DNA from: an uncultured Methanomassiliicoccales archaeon
GTDB lineage: Archaea; Thermoplasmatota; Thermoplasmata; Methanomassiliicoccales; Methanomethylophilaceae
Direction: 5' to 3'
NCBI GenBank assembly: GCA_964634095.1
Contig: CAZWKY010000002.1
Location: 313 to 64,312, forward strand
DNA: 64,000 nucleotides
Shown here: positions 18,837 through 28,513 of the stretch, piece after piece
Numbering within the stretch: position 1 is the stretch's first letter
How the letters are laid out: every line of letters begins with the position of its first letter
Made by a program: the position numbers and the translations under genes
The notes under the pieces: model-generated
Told to the model about the DNA's origin: nothing
The model's database searches: none
What the model saw: only the letters and a program-made list of their open reading frames with translations

Positions 18837-20156
18837 TCAGACGCATATCGCCGTCATCAGATAGTACAGGACCGCTATGACCGCGAGGATGTACATGACT
18901 GGGTTGAGTTCGGACGTCCTACGGGACCCGAACATCGCCACACAGTACACGATGACACCGAGTGCGATACCGTTGGTGATCGAATAGGTCAGCAGCATCA
19001 TCAGTATGGTGAACAGGACGGATACCACCAACGGCGTGTCCGCCCAATCCACATCCCTCAGCTCGGTGATCATCGCGACACCGACCAGGAGCATGGCGCC
19101 CACGGTGCATCTGAAGTCCACCATCTGGAACACGGGGCCGATCAGCAGGGACACGGCGAAGAACATGGCCACGAACACGGCGGTAAGACCCGTCCTGGAA
19201 CCGGCCTCTATGCCCACCGCGGACTCCGCATAGGCAGATGTGGGGGTGCTGCCCACCATACCGCTCAGGGATGCGCATGCCGCATCGGCGGTGACGGCCC
19301 TCTCGCAGACCACGTTCCCATCCTCATCCAGGAGTCCCGCACGTTTCCCGGTGGCCATCAGGGTGCCGGAACTGTCGAAGAACTCGACGAATGCGAAGGA
19401 CACGACCACCATCAGGAACCTCATGTCGAATATCTCGGGCCTGAACCCATCCAGGAACGCACCTATATCGGGCATGCTCGGAACGGCCACGAGGGAATCG
19501 GGAACGGCTATGATGCCCAGGATGATCCCGACGAGGGCGGTCAGCAGCATACCGAAGAGAACAGCGCCGTGGAACCTGCGCACGTACATGAAGACGGTGA
19601 TGAGTACACAGAACACCCCGAGGAGCACCCCCGTGTCGGCCAGGTCCCCCAGAGCCACGACGGTGCTGGGGTTGCTGACGATTATCCCCGCGTTCACGAG
19701 ACCGACGAGAGCGATGAAACAACCTATCCCGGCCGTTATCCCGTGCCTCAGGCCGGACGGTATCGAATCCAGGACCCTCTTCCTGACACCCGATATGGAC
19801 AATAGGAAGAACAGGGCACCGGAGAGGACGACCGCGACCAAGGCGGTGTCCCATTGGTATCCCAGGGTCAGGACGACCGTGTACACGAAGAAGGCGTTGA
19901 TACCCATGGCCGGTGCCTGTGCCACCGGGAAGTTCGCATACAGTCCCATGACGAGACAGCCGATGACCGACATCAGGACCGTGGCGGTGAATGTGGCCGA
20001 CGGATCCATACCGGCATCCGCCATCATCAGCGGATTCACGGCGAGAATGTAAGACATCGACAGGAACGTCAGCAGAGCGCCCCTGAACTCGGTCTTCACA
20101 TCGGTAGAACGTTCGGTGAGGTGGAAGAACCTATCCAGACGCGCAGATGTTCCCAT
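18837..20156 (-). CDS. NCS2-family (AzgA/PbuG-like) purine permease
   Basis: Motifs FLSMSYILAVNP, APAMGINAFF, ESAVGIEAGSRTG. The sequence shows the gene is on the minus strand although the ORF track labels it +. Confidence 0.92.
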   Translation of the reverse strand: MGTSARLDRFFHLTERSTDVKTEFRGALLTFLSMSYILAVNPLMMADAGMDPSATFTATVLMSVIGCLVMGLYANFPVAQAPAMGINAFFVYTVVLTLGYQWDTALVAVVLSGALFFLLSISGVRKRVLDSIPSGLRHGITAGIGCFIALVGLVNAGIIVSNPSTVVALGDLADTGVLLGVFCVLITVFMYVRRFHGAVLFGMLLTALVGIILGIIAVPDSLVAVPSMPDIGAFLDGFRPEIFDMRFLMVVVSFAFVEFFDSSGTLMATGKRAGLLDEDGNVVCERAVTADAACASLSGMVGSTPTSAYAESAVGIEAGSRTGLTAVFVAMFFAVSLLIGPVFQMVDFRCTVGAMLLVGVAMITELRDVDWADTPLVVSVLFTILMMLLTYSITNGIALGVIVYCVAMFGSRRTSELNPVMYILAVIAVLYYLMTAICV

Positions 20157-20233
20157 AGGCAATGAACCTACCACGGGATAGAAAAAGATTACAGGCTCGG
20201 CAGTGTTAAATCGCAGACGGGATACACGAGGAC

Positions 20234-21058
20234 ATGGACCCTCTGATAATGGCCGGGTTGATCGTCATGGGATGCGGAGCGGGCATCCTCGGGGCGCTGT
20301 TCGGACTCGGCGGAGGCATAATCTTCGTTCCGCTCCTGATGCTGGTCTTCGGCCTGGCGCCAACGGAGGCCGTCGCGGTCAGTCTGATCGGGATCATAGC
20401 CGGATCCGTGGGGGCATCCACGGTCTTCGTCGACAAGGGGCTGTCGAACGTCCGTCTCGGACTGCTCCTGGAGATAACTACCGCGGCGGGAGCGATACTG
20501 GGTGCCATAGTGGCGACCCTTCTGGACGACAGGCTCCTGATGGTCATCTTCTCGGCGATAGTGATCTACAGCGGCATACGCATGATCCTGAACCCGGAGA
20601 AGGTCGTCGAACCCGCAGACGAATCCGATGGCAGACTGTCCTTCGAATACAAGGACGAGGCACACGGGGACAGCATCAGATACCAGGTCCAGAACATGAA
20701 GGGGGGAATGGCCCTGTGCACCGTGGCGGGGATGATCTCGTCCATGACCGGTGTCGGCGGAGGGGCGATCAAGGTCCCCCTGATGAACATATACATGCAC
20801 GTTCCCATCAAGGCCGCCAGTGCCACCAGCAGCTACATGATCGGGATCACCGCGTTCTCCGGTGCGATCACATACTTCCTCGGCGGACAGGTGCTCCTGG
20901 GATATGCCGCAGGGGTGGCCATAGGAGCGTTCCTCGGATCCCTGGCAGGGACCACGCTTGCCAGGAGGATCAACGGCAAACACCTCAGGAAGTACTTCTC
21001 GGCGGTGCTGTTCGCAATGGCCGCACTCGTCCTGCTCCAGGCGGGAGGGATACTGTGA
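20234..21058 (+). CDS. Sulfite exporter TauE/SafE-family protein
   Basis: Motifs GLGGGIIFVP, GVGGGAIKVP, ATSSYMI; about 8 TM helices. Confidence 0.9.
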   Translation: MDPLIMAGLIVMGCGAGILGALFGLGGGIIFVPLLMLVFGLAPTEAVAVSLIGIIAGSVGASTVFVDKGLSNVRLGLLLEITTAAGAILGAIVATLLDDRLLMVIFSAIVIYSGIRMILNPEKVVEPADESDGRLSFEYKDEAHGDSIRYQVQNMKGGMALCTVAGMISSMTGVGGGAIKVPLMNIYMHVPIKAASATSSYMIGITAFSGAITYFLGGQVLLGYAAGVAIGAFLGSLAGTTLARRINGKHLRKYFSAVLFAMAALVLLQAGGIL

Positions 21059-21318
21059 ACCTGAACAGGTCCACCGCACTCACCCTGCGTGCCGGGATCG
21101 TCATCGGCATGGTGCTGATGATCATCGGCCTCATCATGGATGCAACGGGCGGAGGGGACGGGATCCTCTACATCGGGATCCTGGTGCTCATAATATCACC
21201 GTTCCTCGGTGCGATAGTGTCGTTCATCTCACTGCTGTCCGAGAATGACTGGCTGTGGGCGGCCGTCGCAGGGGTGCTCATCCTGATAACCACCGCAGGG
21301 ATCGTCATAAGTCTCTGA
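21055..21318 (+). CDS. DUF1634-like small membrane protein
   Basis: GTGA overlap with tauE; LRAGIVIG..GILVLIISPF; the usual TauE partner. Confidence 0.7.
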   Translation: MNLNRSTALTLRAGIVIGMVLMIIGLIMDATGGGDGILYIGILVLIISPFLGAIVSFISLLSENDWLWAAVAGVLILITTAGIVISL

Positions 21319-21405
21319 GGCACAAACCCTTTCACACAAACTCATTCAGACCATCCATTCTGAACGGAGATCTGCATGAGAATGGGACACAGAAAGATTA
21401 GAAAG

Positions 21406-21493
21406 TGGTGCAAGGGAAGGGATTTGAACCCTCGAACTCCTACGAGAATAGGCCCTGAACCTATCTCCTTTGGCCAGGCTCGGATACCCTTGC
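21406..21493 (-). tRNA. tRNA-Leu(CAG)
   Basis: Anticodon arm ATAGG-TTCAGGG-CCTAT; long variable arm; CCA encoded. Confidence 0.97.
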
Positions 21494-21624
21494 ATTGAGC
21501 CTGTAACCCCCCAGTGAGTCATTGTATAAAAATGCAGTGTTGACCCCGGAGCCCGGGGCCGGACCGCAGCACAGACGTCTGAGGAGAAGATGTTTGTCCG
21601 GAGTATACAGAAACGTGTTTCCCA

Positions 21625-21843
21625 TCAGGCCTTCATGATCTTCATCCATCCACCGGATTCGTAGATGGCAAGACCCCTTGCGGCCAGGATGTTCTCAAAC
21701 TCTTCCCAGGTGATGACGGTGAGCCTGTCGTTCTTCCCTTTGGTGAACTGGACCCCTTCCGTCCCCTTGACCTTGCCAGGTTTGAGACCCTTGTTCTTGG
21801 CAATCGCCTGCGCCTTCTTCAAATCGATACGTTCCATCACCAT
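21625..21843 (-). CDS. Small basic hypothetical protein
   Basis: 72 aa, Lys-rich; GGAG-type RBS and own AT-rich promoter; codon choice resembles the ribosomal genes. Confidence 0.75.
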   Translation of the reverse strand: MVMERIDLKKAQAIAKNKGLKPGKVKGTEGVQFTKGKNDRLTVITWEEFENILAARGLAIYESGGWMKIMKA

Positions 21844-22082
21844 GTGAGTTCCCTCCTTGGCATTTCTTAAAAAACCAATTCATATGCGTTTATTTAGCCC
21901 TTTGTGAAATGTTACCACGGGATGTCGGAAACGACGACCCGGACGATCGCCGGGGGACGGTTCCCTGTTGGAGGACATTCATTCCCACCAGGGGATGGAT
22001 CCAACCGCCGGAAACGGCACACTCCGCATCGTTCTGGGACAAACCGTAACCAATATCAACAACCAGAGAACTATGATGAGCC

Positions 22083-23444
22083 ATGGCAATGCCCGATAGG
22101 ATTCTCCTGAGGTCTTCCCCCTCCGAGGACACATCACCCGAGATGGGTCTGCTCCTCGGTCACGCCCTGGCGATGGACCACAAGAGGGTTGTGATCTCAA
22201 GGGACCTGATGAAGAGCAGCACCATGATGAAGGAGGCACTGGTGGCAGGTCTCACCTCGTCCGGAGTGGACGTGATAGACCTGGGTTGCACCTCCGCACC
22301 CGTGGCGGCCATGATGGCCAAACACGGGGACTGTGCGGTCTACGTCACCGAATACCGCGAATACGGACTCATCAGCGGATACATCCTGATGAACCCCAAC
22401 GGCAGCCTCTTCAGAAAGGACCAGATCCGCCATCTCGACAAGATCTTCACCGAGAAGCAGGAACTGCCTGATTACATGCACCTCGGAAAGGTCAGGACAT
22501 ATGGGTTCGCCACCGAGGAGTACAACAAGAGACTGCTCTCCGTCCTGAAGGGGCCCATCGGAAGCTCCCTCGTCCTGGATTGCGACTGCGGCATGTCCGC
22601 GGAATCCGCACCCCAGATCCTGAACGCCATGGGTGCGGACGTCACCACCATGAACGCGCACAGGGACAGGAACCACACATCCCGCCCGTCGGAGATGACC
22701 GAGACGGAGCACAGGGACATCCGCCAGTTCGTGGAGAGCGACCTCGGAACCGTGGGTGTGATCGTGAACCGCGTGGGCACGTTGGCGACGGTGTTGGACG
22801 AAAAGGGGGCGGCCATCGACATCGAGAAGGTCCTCGCCCTGATCGTCATGTTCCTCAGACCGAGATGCATCGTGGTCCCGGCGGACACATCGTCACTGGT
22901 GGAGGATGCGTTCTGGGGAAGGATCGATTCGGACATGGTGACATCCCAGGAGGGACATCCCGAGGAGGAGCGCATGTTCATCAGGGCACCCATGGATGCG
23001 GGATCGATATGCGAGTCCGTGGCGGAGAACGGTGCGGAGATCGGATTCTACGACGGGGGGATCATATTCGGTGACATCAGCATGATGTCCGACGGAATCT
23101 ACACCGCTGCGGTGATAGCACAGCTGTCGGCCGAGAACAACCTGTACAGGATGTGCGAATCCCTTCCCGAATACCACCGTGATTCGAAGCAGTTCAAGTT
23201 CGAGTGCACCAGGGACGAATTCTCCCGCATGTTGGATGATGAGCTGTCCGCACATGGGTACGACAACATCCAACGCATCGACGGATGGAGGGTCGTGATG
23301 GAGGGCGGATGGTTCATGATCACCTTCGATGACGACAACGGACAGAACGTGACGGTCCTGGCCGAATCCACCGACCGCGCCTATCTGATAGGCCTCATGG
23401 AGATCGCAGGCGACATCGTCGAAGGATGCGCCATGGGACAGTGA
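22083..23444 (+). CDS. Phosphoglucomutase/phosphomannomutase-family protein, catalytic motifs degenerate
   Basis: RVVISRD..SS.MMK.AL.AGL.SSG.DVIDLG and IDGWRV are present, but there is no TASHNP or DxDxD. Confidence 0.75.
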   Translation: MAMPDRILLRSSPSEDTSPEMGLLLGHALAMDHKRVVISRDLMKSSTMMKEALVAGLTSSGVDVIDLGCTSAPVAAMMAKHGDCAVYVTEYREYGLISGYILMNPNGSLFRKDQIRHLDKIFTEKQELPDYMHLGKVRTYGFATEEYNKRLLSVLKGPIGSSLVLDCDCGMSAESAPQILNAMGADVTTMNAHRDRNHTSRPSEMTETEHRDIRQFVESDLGTVGVIVNRVGTLATVLDEKGAAIDIEKVLALIVMFLRPRCIVVPADTSSLVEDAFWGRIDSDMVTSQEGHPEEERMFIRAPMDAGSICESVAENGAEIGFYDGGIIFGDISMMSDGIYTAAVIAQLSAENNLYRMCESLPEYHRDSKQFKFECTRDEFSRMLDDELSAHGYDNIQRIDGWRVVMEGGWFMITFDDDNGQNVTVLAESTDRAYLIGLMEIAGDIVEGCAMGQ

Positions 23445-23450
23445 GGGCAG

Positions 23451-23825
23451 TCAGAACATTATCTCCAGGTCCATGGGCTCCCCGCGGGAGTCGTAGGCCC
23501 TCCAACTGGTCCTGTCGTACGGCTGACAGGTTATGAAGTGCACCCCGCCCATGTTGGCGAAGAAATCCTTGTCGGCATCCGACGGGAGATTGCAGAAGCC
23601 GGGATGGGAGTGGGCCGAGCCCGCGATGCTGTAATCTATCGGGGCCATCCACTGACTGAGAAAGCTGTGACTGTCGCCGTACACCGTCCCCGGGATCAGG
23701 ACCATCTCGCTTATCACACCGTCTATCTCCCGGGTCATGCACAGGAACTCGTCGGGATAGGTGGACCTGGCGGCCTCGTTGAAGCCGTCGATGAAATCCA
23801 CGTCCACCCCGATGATGCGGTTCAT
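23451..23825 (-). CDS. JAMM/Mov34/MPN metalloprotease
   Basis: YPDEF plus HSHP..PSDAD, a complete E/HxH/S/D motif. Confidence 0.9.
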   Translation of the reverse strand: MNRIIGVDVDFIDGFNEAARSTYPDEFLCMTREIDGVISEMVLIPGTVYGDSHSFLSQWMAPIDYSIAGSAHSHPGFCNLPSDADKDFFANMGGVHFITCQPYDRTSWRAYDSRGEPMDLEIMF

Positions 23826-25426
23826 AGGGCGTTCACCAGCTTCTCACGGACCCTGGAGAAGAAGTCCACGTTGAACCTGATGAACCTGACCTTCTTGTTG
23901 GACATCATGAACTCAACCTTGGTCCCACCCTCCATGACGTGCTCCTCCTGTCCGTCCAGGACTATGAGGCACTCCTTGTCCAGGACGCTCTCGATGGTGA
24001 TCTTGGACGTTGCGGGTACGATGAAGGGTCTGGATGAGAAACGGTAGGCGGCCATGGGCACAACCATCAGGGCGTTCACATGGGGCTGTATGTAGGGTGC
24101 CCCCAGACTCATGGCGTAGCAGGTGGACCCCGTGGGCGTGGACACTATGACCCCGTCGGAGCGGAGCTCGCATGCCAGCTCATCATCCACATATATCCTG
24201 TAATGGCGGATCTTGGCCACGGATGCCGTGTGGACCACGGCCTCGTTGACGGAATCCGGAAGGTACTGCCCGTCATACCAGGTGCTGAGCTTGAAACGTG
24301 ATTCGATGATGTAGTCCTCGCGGAGGAGCCTGTCTATGCCCTCCCTGATGTGGTCGTGGTCGATCTCGGACAGGAAACCGACACTGCCCCCGTTGATGCC
24401 GATGACCATGGCGTCCGTGTTCTGGAGCGCCCTCAGCAACGTACCGTCACCACCGATCACTATGACGATGTCCACATCCATGTCCCTCAGGGGGATTCCC
24501 TCGCGGCCCATCATGTCGGCGATGTCCTTGTCGAGGTAGTATGTGCTGTCCCCCAGCGCATCGATGACCTCCTCGGTGTACCCGATGGCGTTCCTGATGG
24601 AGGTGTTTGTGTAGATCCCGTACCTGTGCTCCGGGGCCTTCTCCCTGTGCATGACGAAGTCGTAGACGGCCATGCTCCCGACGGCTAGGAAGTTCGAACG
24701 GTGGTCCAGGTCGAAGGGCATCTCAAGCACGTTACCCTCCAGATCGTACACCTCCCCTCCGGCCTCGCGGAGGATGAGCGTACTGGCGGCGATGTCCACG
24801 ATCCTGACCTCGCGGGTGTAGTGCTCGGCCTTCATGAAGTAGCCGTCCGCCTCCCCCTCGGCCACGATCTCCATCTCCAGGGATGCGCACCCGTAGCAAC
24901 GGGACGACTTGACGCTCTTGGTGAGTGCGAAGGCATCCGGATGGGCACCGTTGCCCATGTAGATCATCATGAACAGATCGTCCATGTCCGGTTCGCGGAC
25001 GTGCATCCTGCGACCGTTCTTGTACGCCCCCTTCCCCCTCTCGGCCCACATCTCGTCACCGGTGACGGGGTTGCGCAGGTATCCGAGCCTCAGGTCCGAC
25101 AGTGCGGATGTTCCGACGGCCAGGGATATGGTGTAGTAGGGCACGCCGGCGATGGCGTTGGACGTCCCGTCTATGGGATCCATCACGAGGGTCTCCTCCG
25201 CACCGTTGTCCACGAATCCGATCTCCTCGCTCAGGACGTTGAGGGGGATGGCGTTGCGGTCGATGTACATCAGTGCGGCGTTCTCCGCGACCTTGTCTAT
25301 CTGCGATGTGGGGGTGCCGTCCGCACCCATGCAGACCTCCTCGCCGCGGCATTTGGAATCGGGGATCTTCCTGATGGCCTCGACGACGGCATCCGCGATG
25401 GCGGAAAGGGTCTCCTTCGTGATCAT
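23822..25426 (-). CDS. ppnK: Bifunctional NADP phosphatase (IMPase/FBPase-like) / NAD kinase
   Basis: N-terminal SEE and DPIDGTSN; C-terminal GGDGT, NEAVV, STPTGSTCY. Confidence 0.92.
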   Translation of the reverse strand: MITKETLSAIADAVVEAIRKIPDSKCRGEEVCMGADGTPTSQIDKVAENAALMYIDRNAIPLNVLSEEIGFVDNGAEETLVMDPIDGTSNAIAGVPYYTISLAVGTSALSDLRLGYLRNPVTGDEMWAERGKGAYKNGRRMHVREPDMDDLFMMIYMGNGAHPDAFALTKSVKSSRCYGCASLEMEIVAEGEADGYFMKAEHYTREVRIVDIAASTLILREAGGEVYDLEGNVLEMPFDLDHRSNFLAVGSMAVYDFVMHREKAPEHRYGIYTNTSIRNAIGYTEEVIDALGDSTYYLDKDIADMMGREGIPLRDMDVDIVIVIGGDGTLLRALQNTDAMVIGINGGSVGFLSEIDHDHIREGIDRLLREDYIIESRFKLSTWYDGQYLPDSVNEAVVHTASVAKIRHYRIYVDDELACELRSDGVIVSTPTGSTCYAMSLGAPYIQPHVNALMVVPMAAYRFSSRPFIVPATSKITIESVLDKECLIVLDGQEEHVMEGGTKVEFMMSNKKVRFIRFNVDFFSRVREKLVNAL

Positions 25427-25512
25427 GACACAGTGGAACGCATCAGGGTTATAATGGGTGTGCGCGGACATGCGCGATAAGTGGAAATAACCGCACCATC
25501 TGACCGTGGACC

Positions 25513-26175
25513 ATGGAGGAACTGGGATTCACATCCGGAAGGGTCCATACGGACAGGGGACGTCTCTACACGGTCTCGCTCCACCCGGGGAAGAGGGTGT
25601 ACGGCGAGAGGCTCCTGACGGTCTCCGGAACGGAGTACAGGGAATGGGACCCGAGGAGGAGCAAGCTCTCGGCGTACATCACCAACGGCGGGAAGATGTT
25701 CCCGTTCACATCGTCCAGCAAGGTGCTCTATCTGGGGGCGTCCAGCGGCACCACCCCGTCGCATGTGGCGGATATCTGTCCCGACGGGAAGGTCTACTGC
25801 GTGGAGTTCGCCCAGAGGATGTTCAGGGACCTCGTGGGCACATGTGCGGACAGACCCAACATGATGCCGATACTCGGTGATGCCACCAAACCCGAGGAAT
25901 ACGCCGTGTTCGCCGATTCCGTCGACATCGTCTACCAGGACGTGGCCCAGAAGAGGCAGGCGGAGATCCTGTGCGACAACATGGACGCGTTCGGTGCGGA
26001 CCACGGGATGGTGGCCGTGAAGGCACGTTCCGAGGATGTGACCGCATCACCGGAATCCGTGTTCGAGATGTCCCGCAGGGTGATGGAGGACAGGGGATTC
26101 AGGGTCACCGACGTGAGGAGGTTGGACCCCCACGAGAAGGACCATGCCATGATCGTCGTGGAGAGGATGCAGTGA
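25513..26175 (+). CDS. flpA: Fibrillarin-like rRNA/tRNA 2'-O-methyltransferase
   Basis: Motifs YREWDPRRSKL, VLYLGASSGTT.SH, YQDVAQ. Confidence 0.96.
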   Translation: MEELGFTSGRVHTDRGRLYTVSLHPGKRVYGERLLTVSGTEYREWDPRRSKLSAYITNGGKMFPFTSSSKVLYLGASSGTTPSHVADICPDGKVYCVEFAQRMFRDLVGTCADRPNMMPILGDATKPEEYAVFADSVDIVYQDVAQKRQAEILCDNMDAFGADHGMVAVKARSEDVTASPESVFEMSRRVMEDRGFRVTDVRRLDPHEKDHAMIVVERMQ

Positions 26176-26561
26176 GGACGGCATATGCCGTGGCCTTCCA
26201 CAGGAACGGCGGCTTCCTCATGGTCTGGCACCCCCGTCGCAACGGATGGGAGATGCCGGGGGGACATGTGGAGGACGGCGAGACCTCCGCGGAGGCGGCT
26301 GCCAGGGAGTTCCTGGAGGAGTCAGGGTTCGCGATAGATGTCCTGGAGACCAAGGACATCGGATACTGCGATGTCTGTGCGGCGGTGATAACGGAACGGG
26401 TCACAGAGGAGTTCGAGATGGAGTCCAGGCTGTTCACCGAACTACCGGAGCCGCTGTCCTTCGACAGGGAGGAGTATGAGGACACCGTCCCATGGGCCAG
26501 GTCCGTTCTCGAATCCAAAGGGCTTCTCCGAGCGTATCACGTGGACGGTTTTACCGAGTGA
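26172..26561 (+). CDS. NUDIX hydrolase
   Basis: Nudix box PGGHVEDGETSAEAAAREFLEESG; GTG start overlaps the flpA stop. Confidence 0.88.
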   Translation: MRTAYAVAFHRNGGFLMVWHPRRNGWEMPGGHVEDGETSAEAAAREFLEESGFAIDVLETKDIGYCDVCAAVITERVTEEFEMESRLFTELPEPLSFDREEYEDTVPWARSVLESKGLLRAYHVDGFTE

Positions 26562-26701
26562 ACGTCGGACCTTTACCGGAGAAAGACCCGACCGTTAATG
26601 GACAGAGTTGCCCGGGATACGGGCCACACAATCCTTTTTATATTGTCATATAATCGCGAGATTCAGCCTCGCCGCCTAGATATGATTCGGAGGATCAGAC
26701 T

Positions 26702-27157
26702 ATGGCAAGAATGCACACAAGAAGAAAGGGAGTATCCTGCTCAAAACGCCCTATGGTTTCCGAGAATCCTGCATGGGTTCCTCTCAACGCCACCGAGATT
26801 GAGGACATTGTAGTGAAACTCGCGAAAGATGGTATCATCTCCGCCAAAATCGGGCTCATCCTCAGGGACCAGTACGGTGTCCCTGACGTCAGACTCGCAA
26901 CCGGAAAGACCATCACCAAGATCATGGAGGAGAAAGGAGTAGCACCTTCCCTTCCCGAGGATCTGTCCAACCTCATGAGGCGCGCCATCGACCTGAACGT
27001 CCACCTTAGGGACAACAGGGGAGATGTCTCCAACAAGAGGGGTCTCAACATGATCGAGGCAAAGATCAGGAGACTCGAGCGCTACTACAAGAGGAACGGT
27101 GTCCTTCCCGCAGACTGGAAGTATTCTCTCAGCAACGCGGAACTCATGCTCAAGTGA
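26702..27157 (+). CDS. rps15: 30S ribosomal protein S15 (S13e type)
   Basis: Motifs MARMHTRRKG, LRDQYGVP, LPEDL. Confidence 0.98.
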   Translation: MARMHTRRKGVSCSKRPMVSENPAWVPLNATEIEDIVVKLAKDGIISAKIGLILRDQYGVPDVRLATGKTITKIMEEKGVAPSLPEDLSNLMRRAIDLNVHLRDNRGDVSNKRGLNMIEAKIRRLERYYKRNGVLPADWKYSLSNAELMLK

Positions 27158-27163
27158 GTCTAT

Positions 27164-28513
27164 ATGGAGACCAAGGTCCCATCAAAACTTCTTTCCACTC
27201 TTTATCAGGCTGCGGACATCGTCCGTGGCCACAATTTCATCCAGGTGTTCTCCCACTATGATGCCGACGGCGTGTCCGCGGCAGCGATTGTCGCCAAAAC
27301 GCTCATGCGTGCCGGCAAGGAGTTCAGGATCACCCTGTTCACCACCCTGAACGATGTGAACATGGATGTCATCCGCAACACGAAGGCGGATTGCATGATC
27401 ATCACCGACCTGGGGGCATCGTACATCGACAAACTCGACGAGATGTCCTGCGACATCGTCGTCCTGGACCACCATACGGTGATATCCGAGGCCAAGAGGG
27501 TCTGCTATGCCAACCCCCACCTCTACGGTATCGACGGGATGGTGGCGGGATGCGGTGCAACCATGGCGTTCCTGTTCTCCGTCACGATGGACGAGAACAA
27601 CTGGGACCTGGTGCAGATCGCGTTCGCAGGGATAGCCGGTGACAGGCAGCACATCAACGGCCTGTCCGGACTCAACACATACCTCCTCGAGGAGGGTAGC
27701 CGCAGAGGGTTCATCGAGGAGATGCCCGGATCGCTCATCCCGGCAGGGGACCTCATGACCGAGCTCTTCGTAGGGACCGACCCGTACATACGCGGGGTCA
27801 GCGGGAACACCGAGGGTGTCGCCGCACTTCTGGCCGATGCAGGGATAGGTCACGGCAAGAGCTACATGGACCTGACCGAAGACGAGAGGAGGAGACTCTC
27901 CTCGTTGATCGCGGTCAGACTCACACAACAGGGGGTCCAACTCTCATCCATGAACGAGGTCGCCCGCAACAGATACTACCTCAAGGGCATGAAGATGGAT
28001 GCGGAACAGCTCTCATCCATCCTCAACAGCTGCGGCCGCGCCGGGATCGGCGGAATAGGCATCGCGGCAGGGATGGGCGACGAGAGGGCACTCACCCACG
28101 GATACGAGATCACCAAGGAGTCCGCCAGGGAACTGGTGGGGCACATGGTGGAGCTCGACTCCAGAGGACTGAACCAGATGGAGCACATCCAATGGTTCGA
28201 CAGTAGCACATCCGGGTTCACGGGCATGCTCTGCGGCATCGCGATGCAGTCCATCGGCGACCACAGGAAACCCACCATCGGAGTTAACGGGTCCAACGAT
28301 CCTATCAACCTCTCATCCAGGGGGATGTGGAACCAGCTCGACAACGGCGTGGACCTGGCAGTGGCCATGAGAGAGGCCTGCGCAGCGGTTGGCGGAGAGG
28401 GCGGTGGACACAGGATCGCCGCCGGAGGATCGGTTCCCCCGGAGAGACTGCAGGATTTCCTGAACAAACTCGACGAGATCGTCGGACAGCAGCAGGTCAG
28501 GCCCTCCAGCTGA
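27164..28513 (+). CDS. DHH-family phosphoesterase (archaeal RecJ-like)
   Basis: Motifs SHYDADG, TDLG, DHH, GGGHRIAAG; typical linkage to rps15. Confidence 0.9.
   Translation: METKVPSKLLSTLYQAADIVRGHNFIQVFSHYDADGVSAAAIVAKTLMRAGKEFRITLFTTLNDVNMDVIRNTKADCMIITDLGASYIDKLDEMSCDIVVLDHHTVISEAKRVCYANPHLYGIDGMVAGCGATMAFLFSVTMDENNWDLVQIAFAGIAGDRQHINGLSGLNTYLLEEGSRRGFIEEMPGSLIPAGDLMTELFVGTDPYIRGVSGNTEGVAALLADAGIGHGKSYMDLTEDERRRLSSLIAVRLTQQGVQLSSMNEVARNRYYLKGMKMDAEQLSSILNSCGRAGIGGIGIAAGMGDERALTHGYEITKESARELVGHMVELDSRGLNQMEHIQWFDSSTSGFTGMLCGIAMQSIGDHRKPTIGVNGSNDPINLSSRGMWNQLDNGVDLAVAMREACAAVGGEGGGHRIAAGGSVPPERLQDFLNKLDEIVGQQQVRPSS

Noticed and set aside
18837-20174. ORF track labels the NCS2 permease as + strand
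   Set aside because: The sequence shows TCA at 18837 and CAT at 20154-20156; the protein is encoded on the minus strand, so it is annotated as minus.
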